Position numbers and translations under genes: made by a program
Assembly (NCBI GenBank): GCA_044342325.1
Contig: JBIIPZ010000014.1
Span: 1 to 64,000 of the forward strand
DNA from: Terrimicrobiaceae bacterium
GTDB lineage: Bacteria > Verrucomicrobiota > Verrucomicrobiia > Chthoniobacterales > Terrimicrobiaceae
DNA length: 64,000 bases
Reading direction: 5' to 3'
Notes under the pieces: generated by a model
Database searches by the model: none
Seen by the model: only the letters and a program-made list of their open reading frames with translations
What the model was told of the DNA's origin: nothing
Shown here: positions 38,559 to 48,283 of the stretch, piece by piece
Numbering within the stretch: the stretch's first letter is position 1
Layout: the number at the start of each line of letters is the position of its first letter

Positions 38559-39770
38559 GTGAGTTCCCCGGAAAAAATCGACATTTTGGTCGTGGGCGGA
38601 GGCACGGCAGGAATCGCTGCCGCCGTGTCAGCTGCACGCGCCGGGGCAAGGACGCTGCTCGTGGAACGCCGAAACGCCCTTGGTGGCATGGCTTCTAACG
38701 CCCTCGTGCACACGCTCTGCGGCCTTTACCTGCTGCGAAATGACGACGCCCAGCCTTTGGCCTACGCCAATGAGGGATTTCCCCGCGAGTTAGCCGAGAG
38801 TGTCATCAGAGCAGGAGGTGCTTCAGGGCCGGTGCGAATGGGAAAACTCGATGTCCTCCCGCATCAACCCGCCGCCCTCGCCGCCGTGGCGGATGACATC
38901 ACCCGACGCACTCCAAACCTCACCGTTCTTCTCCACACAGACCTCACAGGCCTCGACTCAGGTTCAGGTAAAATCCAAGCCGCGCGTCTTCAGTCGCGAG
39001 GTCATGTCTTTGATGTCGAAGTGAACTCGCTCATCGATGCCTCGGGGGATGCCGAAGCCGGTGCGCTTGCAGGTGCCGCTTTCGAGTGTGCGCCAGCGGA
39101 TCGACTTCAACGGCCGGCCTATATTTTTGGGATTGGTGGCGCACATGAAACCGCTCTGGCTGGTGATGCCCGCCTCAGGCTTGCCCACCTCATCAGCGGC
39201 GCCGTGGCATCAAGCCAGCTTTCCCTCGAAGCGCTGGGCGTGGCTTTTCGCCATGGTGTGAGCCAAAACGAAATCTGGGCGACAATCGATCTGCAGGCTG
39301 ATCCCTATGGCCCCTGTTCGCCGGAGTGTCTCACTCGCGTGGAGGAATGCGGACGCCGCGTCTCATTTGAAATCATCCGTCAGCTGCGGGCTCATGCCGA
39401 GGGTTTTGAAAACGCTCGCATCACCTGCACGCCCGCGCAGGCAGGCATTCGTGAGAGCCGACGCATGAGCGGCTTGGCGTGCCTCACGGAGAAGGACATC
39501 CTCCAAGGCAGGCAGGTTGACAATCACGCCGCACTCGCCTGTTGGCCATTGGAGCTGCGTGAGAATGCGAAGGGTCCCCGATTCCGGTTTCCCGAGGAAA
39601 ACCGTTCCGCTGGCATCTCGCTCGATTGCCTGCGCTCGCGAACCTTTACGAATCTCCTCGTCGCCGGCCGTTGCATTTCCTGCACGCACGAGGCGCAAGC
39701 ATCGATCCGCGTTACCGGCACATGCCTTGCTACGGGTGAGGCTGCAGGCAAAGCGGCAGCTGCATTTTGA
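38559..39770 (+). CDS. FAD-dependent oxidoreductase
   Basis: GGGTAG, IDASGDA, GIRESRR, NLLVAGRCIS, GEAAG. Confidence 0.9.
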   Translation: MSSPEKIDILVVGGGTAGIAAAVSAARAGARTLLVERRNALGGMASNALVHTLCGLYLLRNDDAQPLAYANEGFPRELAESVIRAGGASGPVRMGKLDVLPHQPAALAAVADDITRRTPNLTVLLHTDLTGLDSGSGKIQAARLQSRGHVFDVEVNSLIDASGDAEAGALAGAAFECAPADRLQRPAYIFGIGGAHETALAGDARLRLAHLISGAVASSQLSLEALGVAFRHGVSQNEIWATIDLQADPYGPCSPECLTRVEECGRRVSFEIIRQLRAHAEGFENARITCTPAQAGIRESRRMSGLACLTEKDILQGRQVDNHAALACWPLELRENAKGPRFRFPEENRSAGISLDCLRSRTFTNLLVAGRCISCTHEAQASIRVTGTCLATGEAAGKAAAAF

Positions 39771-39771
39771 G

Positions 39772-41133
39772 ATGAACATCGCCGAGGAGATTTTTAAAAA
39801 AGCCGATCCCAACGCGGTGGCCGTTTTCTACGACGGGCAAGAAACAACCTACGCCGCTCTCGATGAAAAAAGCGCCAGGCTCGCTCGGCAACTCTGCCCG
39901 CTGATCGAGTCCCTGCCTTGTCCGCGAGTCGGTCTTCAATGTGCCGATGGGGTGGATTACATCGCACATGCCCTCGGCATCCTGCGGGCTGGCGGGTGCT
40001 TCGTCCCCATCGCTCCCGAGCTTTCCGTTTCCGAGCGGGGCCTCCTCATTGAGGAGGTTCGACTCGATGTCATCGTGAAACAAACCGCATCCGATGCTGT
40101 AGTGCTCGAGTCACAGGACCATTCTTCCCCGGTTCCCGAGTGGATCAAACCGCTTGCGGAAATACACCCCGCCTTCATTCGATTCACTTCCGGCACCACT
40201 GGCCATGCCAAGGGCATCACTCTTTCCCATCAAACCCTTCTGGATCGCATTACAGCTGCAAACGACGGTCTCGGCATCACGCCTGCCGACCGCATCCTCT
40301 GGGTGCTTCCCATGTCACACCACTTCGCTGTCTCGATCATGCTCTACCTCTGGAACGGTGCCGGCATTGTTCTGCCGCTTTCGAGCCTGCCAGGCGATTT
40401 GCTCGAAGCTTCGAAGCGCACCCGCGCCACAGTCCTTTATGCGGCACCTTTTCATTACGAGATGCTCTCTGGCTGTGACGGGCCCGCCGACGTTCACTGG
40501 CGACTGGCTGTCTCCACCACGGCGGCATTGGCGCCATCCACCGCTGAGAAAATTTCCCAAAGGTTCGGCATATTTCCATCTCAAGCACTCGGCATCATTG
40601 AAGTCGGCCTCCCCTGCCTGAATTTTCCCGCACCCGATTTGCGCCCAGCATCGATCGGTCTTCCCCAGCCTTCGTTTCAAGCCAAGCTCAAGGATTCGCA
40701 GCTTCTTCTGCGCGGCCCCGGATGCCTCGATGCCTATCTGTCTCCCTGGCAACCACGCTCTGAAATCCTGGATGAGGAGGGGTGGTTTGCCACTGGCGAT
40801 ATTGCTGAAATCGACACGGAGGGTTTTATCACCCTCCTTGGCCGCACGAGCACGGCCATTTCGATTGGCGGAATGAAGTTTTTTCCCGATGAGGTGGAGG
40901 CAGTTCTCAATACCCACCCCGCTGTGGAACTCAGCCGCGTCTTCGCCCGCTTGCACCCGGATTTCGGCATGGTTCCGATCGCGGAGGTTGTCATAGCCGC
41001 TGGTGTCGAAGCCCCACCCCACCTCGATCTGCTCAAGCTTTGCCGCCGCGAATTGTCCGCCCACAAAGTTCCCGTCGAAATTCATTTTGTGGACGACATT
41101 CCTCAAACCCCAAGTGGGAAAATCAAACGCTAA
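39772..41133 (+). CDS. Class I adenylate-forming enzyme (acyl-CoA/acyl-ACP ligase)
   Basis: FTSGTTGHAKG, WFATGD, GR, PDEVE, TPSGKIKR. ATG at 39772. Confidence 0.9.
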   Translation: MNIAEEIFKKADPNAVAVFYDGQETTYAALDEKSARLARQLCPLIESLPCPRVGLQCADGVDYIAHALGILRAGGCFVPIAPELSVSERGLLIEEVRLDVIVKQTASDAVVLESQDHSSPVPEWIKPLAEIHPAFIRFTSGTTGHAKGITLSHQTLLDRITAANDGLGITPADRILWVLPMSHHFAVSIMLYLWNGAGIVLPLSSLPGDLLEASKRTRATVLYAAPFHYEMLSGCDGPADVHWRLAVSTTAALAPSTAEKISQRFGIFPSQALGIIEVGLPCLNFPAPDLRPASIGLPQPSFQAKLKDSQLLLRGPGCLDAYLSPWQPRSEILDEEGWFATGDIAEIDTEGFITLLGRTSTAISIGGMKFFPDEVEAVLNTHPAVELSRVFARLHPDFGMVPIAEVVIAAGVEAPPHLDLLKLCRRELSAHKVPVEIHFVDDIPQTPSGKIKR

Positions 41134-41777
41134 TGAAAAGCCTCTTCCTTCTTGTTTTACTCCTCCTGTCTTCGCCGCTGCATGCCGAGGATACGGAAAA
41201 AATCCTTCTCGAGTGGATTTCCAAACAAGCCGCTATCCGGTCGCTGCGTGCCGATTTCATCCAGACCCGCCGCCTGCCTGCGCTTCGTATCCCGCTGAAG
41301 AAATCCGGCACCGTCTGGTTCGGCACCGAGGGGCGCTTCCGCTGGCAAGTCGGTGATCCAGCCGAATTGCTCTTGCTCAAGTCGCCGAATGACTTCCTCG
41401 TGATCGAACCCAAAAAATCCCTCGCCCGCAGGTTCAGCGCATCCTCCGCCGCTGCCCGTGCCATGCAGGAACTTCCCATGCCAATCGCCATCTCGCTCGA
41501 TGAGTTTCAGCGCCGATTTGAAGTCGTTTCCCTCAAGGACGATGGTGGTCGCATGGACCTTCGTCTCACCCCCAAGGACCCCCGCCTCGCCGAAGGTCTC
41601 AAGTCACTCCGCATCCTCTTTGATCCAGTCAGCGGGGCCGTTTCCCTGTTTGAAATGACCTTCCGCGACGGGAGCGAGGTTTCGACCGAATTCACCCGCA
41701 TCGAGCGGAATCCCACACTCCCCGCTGAGCTTTTCCAACACGATCTCCGGGATTTCAAAATCGAAGACCAATCTTGA
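41133..41777 (+). CDS. LolA-like outer-membrane lipoprotein/lipid carrier
   Basis: Signal peptide; LRADFIQTR, SGTVWF, FRW, NPTLPAELF; TAATG overlap. Confidence 0.85.
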   Translation: MKSLFLLVLLLLSSPLHAEDTEKILLEWISKQAAIRSLRADFIQTRRLPALRIPLKKSGTVWFGTEGRFRWQVGDPAELLLLKSPNDFLVIEPKKSLARRFSASSAAARAMQELPMPIAISLDEFQRRFEVVSLKDDGGRMDLRLTPKDPRLAEGLKSLRILFDPVSGAVSLFEMTFRDGSEVSTEFTRIERNPTLPAELFQHDLRDFKIEDQS

Positions 41778-41915
41778 AACATGCCGCTCTGCCATTGGAT
41801 CACACGCGTTGAAAAAATGATTTTGCCGCCCTCTTCCAAAGTTTTTATTCGCAGAGCAAGAAATCCTGTGCTGACATGAGTCGTCAGTTCTCAAAGATGA
41901 ATTCATTCTACTTCA

Positions 41916-43661
41916 ATGAGTAATCTTCCGATGCCTGTGGCAGCGCAGCTCTGGAGCTACGTTCGCCGCTACAAAGGCCTGCTGGGAATTTCTGCTCTCG
42001 GCAACCTCATCACAGTCACCATAGCCTCTATGGCGCCGCTATTTGTGAAGCTGGTGATTGATGAAGCCATACCAGGGCGGAATGTGCCGTTCCTTGCCGG
42101 AATTGTGGTCGTATTCCTGGTCTTCGAAGCCGTGCGCTATTTTGTTGGCTATGGACACCACTACCTCCTCTTCTATGCCGGCCAGCGCGTTGTTTTCGAC
42201 ATCCGCCGCGCCCTTTTCCACCACTTGCAGATGCTGCACCTCTCGTTTTACGAAACCCAGCGCACAGCGAGTTTGGTGAACCGCGTCGTCCACGATGCCG
42301 CCGCCGTGCAGCAATTCATCACCACAGCGCTCTCGACGGTGTCGAACAGTCTCGTCTCCCTCGCTTTGGCGACGACGATCATGTTTTTCCTGAACTGGAA
42401 AATGGCCCTCTTCTGCACAGCAAGCCTCCCCCTTTATTTTTCTGTTGTTCACCTTTATCGGCGAGGCCTTCACACCCGCTCGCACGATGTGCAGGAGCGC
42501 CAGTCCGCTCTGGCTGGGACGCTTGGCGAGACATTCAGTGGCATCAAGGTGGTGAAATGTTTTGCCCAAGAGGACCACGAGCGCAGGCGCTTCCTCCAGC
42601 GCATCCGCGAAAACCTCCCGCATGAACTCGAGCTCACCCTCATGGGAGTCCGCATGTGGCTCCTCCTGGCTGGAATCTTTGCCGTTGTCTACGGATCCGT
42701 GCTTCTCTGGGGCGGCACCAGCGTGATGTATGGCACCATGTCGCTCGGCTCATTTGTGGCTTTCACAAGCTACCTCATGATGCTCTACGGCCCGCTGCAA
42801 AACCTCTCCAACCTCATCCAAATCGCCACCAGCGCCCGCACCGGATTCGAGCGCATTCTCAGCCTCCACGACATCCGCCCTCACATCACGGAAATCGCGA
42901 ATCCCATCGCTCTTCCCAACCTTCGCGGTGCGGTGGATTTCGACCACATCGCCTTTTCCTATGATCGCGGCATCGCCATCAATGACTTCAGTCTCAGCGT
43001 TCCAGCCGGCGAGATCGTCGCGCTGGTCGGCCCAAGCGGCAGCGGAAAATCAACGCTCATCAGCCTGCTCACCCGTTTCTATGATCCTTCGGCAGGCGTC
43101 ATTCGCATCGATGGCCATGATCTGCGAACGCTCGATTACGACCTCTACCGCCAACAAATCGGCATCGTGCTTCAGGACAATTTTCTCTTCTCCGGTTCGA
43201 TGGATGAAAATATCCGCTACGGCCGCCCGGATGCCACCGAGGACGAAGTGCGGCGCGCCGCCGAGTTGGCGAATGCCTGGGAATTCATCGCCAAAATGGA
43301 AGGCGGTCTCAAAGCGCAGGTGGGACAAGGAGGTGCCACGCTCTCCGGCGGCCAACGCCAGCGCATCGCCATCGCTCGCTGCCTGCTCAAAGATCCGCGG
43401 ATTTTGATTTTCGACGAAGCCACAAGCGCGCTCGATAACGAAAGTGAGGCGCTCGTCCAGCAGTCGCTTGATACCTTGATGGAGGGCCGCACGGTCTTCA
43501 TTGTAGCCCACCGTCTCAGCACGATCCGCCGCGCCAATCGGATCGTCGTGATGGAATCGGGCCGTCTCGCCCAGCTGGGCACGCATCAGGAACTCATGGC
43601 GGTGGATGGCCCGTATCGCAATCTCCAGAAGCTCTCCGTCGTCCACGAGGCCGCAGCCTGA
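41916..43661 (+). CDS. ABC transporter ATP-binding/permease (exporter)
   Basis: TM domain plus GPSGSGKS, LSGGQRQR, DEATSALD, AHRLST. Confidence 0.95.
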   Translation: MSNLPMPVAAQLWSYVRRYKGLLGISALGNLITVTIASMAPLFVKLVIDEAIPGRNVPFLAGIVVVFLVFEAVRYFVGYGHHYLLFYAGQRVVFDIRRALFHHLQMLHLSFYETQRTASLVNRVVHDAAAVQQFITTALSTVSNSLVSLALATTIMFFLNWKMALFCTASLPLYFSVVHLYRRGLHTRSHDVQERQSALAGTLGETFSGIKVVKCFAQEDHERRRFLQRIRENLPHELELTLMGVRMWLLLAGIFAVVYGSVLLWGGTSVMYGTMSLGSFVAFTSYLMMLYGPLQNLSNLIQIATSARTGFERILSLHDIRPHITEIANPIALPNLRGAVDFDHIAFSYDRGIAINDFSLSVPAGEIVALVGPSGSGKSTLISLLTRFYDPSAGVIRIDGHDLRTLDYDLYRQQIGIVLQDNFLFSGSMDENIRYGRPDATEDEVRRAAELANAWEFIAKMEGGLKAQVGQGGATLSGGQRQRIAIARCLLKDPRILIFDEATSALDNESEALVQQSLDTLMEGRTVFIVAHRLSTIRRANRIVVMESGRLAQLGTHQELMAVDGPYRNLQKLSVVHEAAA

Positions 43662-43671
43662 GCCTACTTCC

Positions 43672-44772
43672 ATGTCTGCATTTCCCGCATCCATACAAAC
43701 GCGCCTTCGTCGTATGAGCCGCCTCATTTTTGCGGCTGCATTTGTTGCTATTCCACTCATTGCCGCCACGGCACTGCTTCTGCCGGTTGATGAAAAAGTC
43801 CCTGCCACAGGCGTTGTGCGGGCGCAGGAGGACGTGCATGTTTTTTCGCCTCAGGATGGACTCCTCGCCGGTATCCGTTCCCCGGAGGGCAGCGCGGTCA
43901 AAAAAGGTGATGTGCTTTTTGAACTCGATTCCATCCTGCATGCCCAGCGGCTCGCATCAGCAGAGGCCTCACTCGCCGAAGCCCAGGCCACATTTCATCT
44001 CAAGGAAGCCCAACTTCAAAAGACGAGTGGGCTCCCTTTGCCAAAGGAATTCTGGCATGTGCCTGAGGAACTCAAGCAGGCCAATGAGCGTCTTGCCCTC
44101 GCAGAGAGAGAATGCGCCCGCTACGAAACCCTTTCCAGAACAGGCGGGGCGAGCCGTCAGGACTACGACCGCTCCCTCGCCCAGCGCGAGGTCGCCCGAG
44201 GTGAAGTGGAGAAAATCCAGGAAAAGCTCGATGTCCTCAGCCGTGGCTACCGCGAGCAGGTCATCGCCGAAGCAGAGGCTGAAGCCGCCGCCGCAAAAGC
44301 TGTCGTGAGCCGATGGAAGGTTGAGAGGGACAACGCCTCCGCCTTGGTCGAACGCTGCCTTATCCGAGCCTCCCAGGACGGCACGGTCACCCTCGTGCAA
44401 AAACGCCGCCCCGGAATGCCCGTCACTGCAGGCGAAAAACTGGCCCACATTTCCCGGGGCCCGGCCAACCGCGTCAAAATCTTCCTCGCCGAAGAAAAAA
44501 TCATCCGCGTCGCCCCCGGCCAGCAAGTCATCATGCGCCCGCTCTCCATCCCCTGGTTCAAATACGGCCACGCCCACGGCACGCTTCGAAATGTATCCAC
44601 CGAACCCTCCTTGCCCGATGGAAACCAAACCGGCCCCCAACGCTACGAAGCCACTGTTGATATCACCGATTCCCCCGTCCCTCTGGCTCTTGGCTCAACC
44701 GTCGACGCCGATGTCATCCTACGCCGCCGCCCCCTTTGGCAACTCTTCCTCCCGGCGATCCTCGATCGCTGA
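43672..44772 (+). CDS. HlyD family membrane fusion protein
   Basis: N-terminal TM, lipoyl halves (EGSAVKKGDVL; IRASQDGTV), long coiled coil, KYG motif. Confidence 0.9.
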   Translation: MSAFPASIQTRLRRMSRLIFAAAFVAIPLIAATALLLPVDEKVPATGVVRAQEDVHVFSPQDGLLAGIRSPEGSAVKKGDVLFELDSILHAQRLASAEASLAEAQATFHLKEAQLQKTSGLPLPKEFWHVPEELKQANERLALAERECARYETLSRTGGASRQDYDRSLAQREVARGEVEKIQEKLDVLSRGYREQVIAEAEAEAAAAKAVVSRWKVERDNASALVERCLIRASQDGTVTLVQKRRPGMPVTAGEKLAHISRGPANRVKIFLAEEKIIRVAPGQQVIMRPLSIPWFKYGHAHGTLRNVSTEPSLPDGNQTGPQRYEATVDITDSPVPLALGSTVDADVILRRRPLWQLFLPAILDR

Positions 44773-44778
44773 TCTTTC

Positions 44779-44837
44779 TGTAGCGGCGGTCTGCGACCGC
44801 CGATGGTCAAAAATTCGGCGCTCTAAGGCCGCTTACA
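44779..44837. repeat. REP-like palindrome pair (GTAG-type)
   Basis: TGTAG-CGGCGGTC-TGC-GACCGCCG, then a degenerate inverted partner CGGCGCTCTAAGGCCGCTTACA. Confidence 0.65.
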
Positions 44838-44868
44838 GGGAAAAGGTCGCAACCGCTCGCTGCTGGCT

Positions 44869-45804
44869 TTAAAGCGATGAGGTTTTTAAAAAATCGAGGA
44901 TCACTTGCTCGGCAGCTGCGGCAGCTTCGGGAACGAGGCCGTGTTGCATATGAAACCCATGCGGCATTTTCTCGCCGATATGGAGTTGCACCGGGGCACC
45001 TGCGCTGAGGGCCCGCTTCGCAAAATCGACCCCATCGTCACAGAGGGTGTCATCCTCTCCGACGATCACGAGGGTTTGAGGCAGACTCCCGAGATCGCCA
45101 TGAGCCGGACTGGCGCAGGGATCCGTCCACAGCTCCTGGTCGGGAGCATAAATGGCTCGCTGAAAGGCCAGAAGTTCGAGGCCATTGTAGGGATGATCCT
45201 TCCCCAAGCGCTTCATGCAGGCGTTGTTCTCGAGTTCGAGGTCCAATACTCCGCAGTTCAGCATCAATTTGTCTGGAAGGCACTCGCCTTTCCCCCGGCA
45301 ATAAAACCAGAGCGCCGCAGCCAGATTGGCCCCCGCCGAGTCGCCGCCAACCGTGATCTCGCCGGTGAACATTTTTTTTATGGCACGAAAAACGCCGACG
45401 CAATCATGCAAAGCGCACGGGTATCTATCCTCTGGTGCCAGCCTGTAATGCACGGCCGCCACCGTCTGCCCGGATAATGCCGCCACGCGCTTCGCCCAGC
45501 CGATGTGTTTTCCCGATGCGGGCGCAATCCATCCGCCACCATGCAAATACACAAAAGCCTGAGCAGAGGCTCCGGGTGGCGTGCAAAGTGTCACCGGCAC
45601 ATCGATTCCGGCATCAAGCGAAGGCAGGCTGATCTCCGAGACTTCGACCTCAGGGAAATCGTTTAGGCTGGGATGGGCTTTTTTTCCCCACAATTCCCGA
45701 ATCTCCGCCACCCAGCGATCGCGCATGGGAACTCCCGGCACGAGTTGACGATACAAATCCGCCGCCGGCCCGCTCAACATCTCTTCTGTGAGGCCGTTTC
45801 TCAT
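44869..45804 (-). CDS. HSL-family alpha/beta hydrolase (esterase)
   Basis: HGGGW, YRLAPE, GDSAG, D and HGF; ATGA overlap with the upstream gene. Confidence 0.9.
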   Translation of the reverse strand: MRNGLTEEMLSGPAADLYRQLVPGVPMRDRWVAEIRELWGKKAHPSLNDFPEVEVSEISLPSLDAGIDVPVTLCTPPGASAQAFVYLHGGGWIAPASGKHIGWAKRVAALSGQTVAAVHYRLAPEDRYPCALHDCVGVFRAIKKMFTGEITVGGDSAGANLAAALWFYCRGKGECLPDKLMLNCGVLDLELENNACMKRLGKDHPYNGLELLAFQRAIYAPDQELWTDPCASPAHGDLGSLPQTLVIVGEDDTLCDDGVDFAKRALSAGAPVQLHIGEKMPHGFHMQHGLVPEAAAAAEQVILDFLKTSSL

Positions 45805-46418
45805 CGGGCACCGGCTTTTGAGGATTTCACTTCCTCCATCGCCGCCTGCAATTGATTCAATCGCTGCTCCCTCGGACCCCACAACTCCACCAGAAGTGGA
45901 CGATTCCTTTCCGGCAAAACCTGAAACCGACCCTCGCGATAGATTTGTTTGAAAATCGCATCCACCTCATCGCGATAAGCATGATCGACCGGCCGGATGC
46001 CATCCGCCTCCATCTCGACCGGCCAGGCGTCGGATTTCGGCACAAATGCCAGAATGTCCAGATGATCCAGCGATTCCCGCACGGCAGGAACCATCGACTC
46101 CACAAAAGCGGCGTCGATATCTGTGCTGCCCCGGTTCGCAGTGTATTGCGAATAAGCGATATAATCAACAGGCGCACGGTCAAAAATCACATCATCCGTG
46201 AATTCGCCATATCGATGAATCCGGCTGATGTTGTAATACATCTGAATGCCATTGTGCAGCTTCGTCGAGGCATCGCGGAAAAGAATTTCATATGGTCCAT
46301 AAAGCCCGAGCGCTCGGTAAGGCTCCTCTTCGCGACGGAATGCAGGATTGTTTGCAACCCACTCGTTGACAACAGTCGATTTCCCCAAGGAATGGGATCC
46401 GGATATGGCAATGCGCAT
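45801..46418 (-). CDS. P-loop ATPase/kinase (AAA_28-like)
   Basis: IAISGSHSLGKST, IFDRAPVDYIAY, DGIR. Confidence 0.8.
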   Translation of the reverse strand: MRIAISGSHSLGKSTVVNEWVANNPAFRREEEPYRALGLYGPYEILFRDASTKLHNGIQMYYNISRIHRYGEFTDDVIFDRAPVDYIAYSQYTANRGSTDIDAAFVESMVPAVRESLDHLDILAFVPKSDAWPVEMEADGIRPVDHAYRDEVDAIFKQIYREGRFQVLPERNRPLLVELWGPREQRLNQLQAAMEEVKSSKAGAR

Positions 46419-46699
46419 GCTCGATTTTGTTGGGCAGAGTCTGCATTTTAAAAACCGATTGGAAAACAAAATCTTGCCTCCGGCAGCGCGGAGGCGAGTT
46501 TTTCAGATACGGACTATTTCAGCTTGGCAAGAAACATGCAGGATTCGCCCTTGGTGTTGACGATATCCATTTTGAGTTCCGGTCCGCCGGTCTTCCCCGC
46601 AGGCTGCGACACAGTTGCGGTTCCTATTCTCCTAAAATGGCTCATATCGATGGGAGATCACCCCATTTCGAAGCGCGCCGAGCCATCCGATCTTGAGCT

Positions 46700-47134
46700 A
46701 TGAAAACGTCCATTTTGTTGCTGTCTGCTGGTCTTGCCGGAACTGCGGCTATGACATTCTTTCTCCTCCTGCCACGCTGGCTGGGCCGCGTGCATGTGGA
46801 TGTCATTCGAGCGGGAGGCGCGTTGGTTATGGGTTCAGGCAATCGATCGGCTTTCCATGTCGGTTTGGCCATTCACATCGCCATGGGCATCGGCTTCGCG
46901 TTCGTCTACTTCGCATTTCTGAGTCTTTCCTCGCTGCCATTTAACGCCCTCACCGGCTTGCTGCTTGGCAGCATTCACGGAGTCATAGCCATGTTGTTGG
47001 TTTCGATTTTGATCATGGAACACCACCCAGACGCGCGCTACCACGACCGTGGCCCCTCCACTGGCTTGGCCCAACTCGGAGCCCACATGCTCTACGGAAC
47101 CGTCGTCGGATCGGTCGTGGGTTTATTGCGTTAG
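46700..47134 (+). CDS. Hypothetical four-TM membrane protein
   Basis: Hydrophobic helices with His residues (IHIAMG, IHG, AHMLYG). Confidence 0.75.
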   Translation: MKTSILLLSAGLAGTAAMTFFLLLPRWLGRVHVDVIRAGGALVMGSGNRSAFHVGLAIHIAMGIGFAFVYFAFLSLSSLPFNALTGLLLGSIHGVIAMLLVSILIMEHHPDARYHDRGPSTGLAQLGAHMLYGTVVGSVVGLLR

Positions 47135-47196
47135 CCAAGCGATTTTCGCAGAGGGCTCCGCGCCAACCCCCGCGCGGCAGCGCGCTCGTCTACATT

Positions 47197-47316
47197 GGAG
47201 GGACATCCTCCGGCATGTCCCATTTCTCTCGGTCGGCGTGGCAACCTCATCGATAACCAACCACGCTCAGCGCCTGCACAACCGGGACGGTTGTGCCCCC
47301 CTCTTTCGCGCGGTGA
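47197..47316 (+). repeat. 120-bp REP-like element, copy A
   Basis: 100/120 identical, ungapped, to the reverse complement of 51034-51153; two internal hairpins. Confidence 0.9.
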
Positions 47317-47331
47317 CGCATTTGTTTAGGT

Positions 47332-48186
47332 TTATGCGGCGGAAATGCGTGGGCTTGGCGCGGCGGCTTTTCTCCAATTTTGCGGAGACATTTTCATTTG
47401 CAGGCTGAAGCGCCGGTAGAAGTGCGAGATGTCTTGGTATCCGCACTCGAATGCGATGGTTTTGATCGGCAGGGCGCTTTCTTTGAGCAGGCGTGCGGCG
47501 TGGTGGATGCGCAGGTCGTGGATGTAGTCCAACCAGGATTTTTCGAAGTGTTTTCGAAACAGGCCAGAAAACGATCGGCGGCTCATGCCCATTCGGGCGG
47601 CCACGGCGTCCATGCGTTCATCGATCCAGAAGGACTGCTCCAACTCCCGGCCGTAGGCTAAAATCCTCGCCTCGGCCGTGCGGGTGGTGCTGGTTTGCTC
47701 GGTGAGTCGAGCCGCGCCGACCATCAACTGCATGGCCAGACTCAGGCTCAATTCCTGCGATCCGATGTCACCTTGACGGGATTCAAAAACAATGCGACGC
47801 AGGGCACTGAATGCCTGATCGACAAATAGACCGTCTTCGATGATGCGGCTATTTCCAAACACGGCATCGAGCAATTCCTGCGAAGGGAAAACCTTTCGGC
47901 GCAGACAGAGCGCGTAAAGCGTGAGCGGATCGGCAAGATTATCCTCCAAGCGATACTCGGTTCCTTCGGGAACGGAAATCAGAACCGGCGCCCGAAGCCG
48001 ATGAGTTCTTTCTCGCAGATGAATGGCTCCTTGCCCCTCGAAGATGAGAATCCATTTCGGGAAGGCGTCTTTGCGCCAATCCATGAAAAACCTCGTGCTG
48101 TGATGGCTCTCAATCACAGCCACTCCATTGGCTCCAAAAACAGGTTCAACCGGGCGGTTGGTGAGATTTTTTCGGGACTTCGCCAC
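47332..48186 (-). CDS. AraC family transcriptional regulator
   Basis: Cupin-like N-terminus; C-terminal LRIHHAARLL, IAFECGYQDISHFYRRF, SPQNWR. Start (GTG 48186) uncertain. Confidence 0.9.
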   Translation of the reverse strand: MAKSRKNLTNRPVEPVFGANGVAVIESHHSTRFFMDWRKDAFPKWILIFEGQGAIHLRERTHRLRAPVLISVPEGTEYRLEDNLADPLTLYALCLRRKVFPSQELLDAVFGNSRIIEDGLFVDQAFSALRRIVFESRQGDIGSQELSLSLAMQLMVGAARLTEQTSTTRTAEARILAYGRELEQSFWIDERMDAVAARMGMSRRSFSGLFRKHFEKSWLDYIHDLRIHHAARLLKESALPIKTIAFECGYQDISHFYRRFSLQMKMSPQNWRKAAAPSPRISAA

Positions 48187-48283
48187 GGATGTTTTCTCCA
48201 ATATTTTGCCCAATCTGCAAATGACATTTTCTCGTGCCCGCGAACCCCCTCCGACACGCTGGTGCTCCAACCCTGTCCACTCC

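Noticed and set aside
41781..41879. 32-aa ORF as a possible peptide substrate of the ABC/HlyD exporter
   Set aside because: No RBS, no double-glycine leader or RiPP-like composition, and the transporter lacks a C39 domain.
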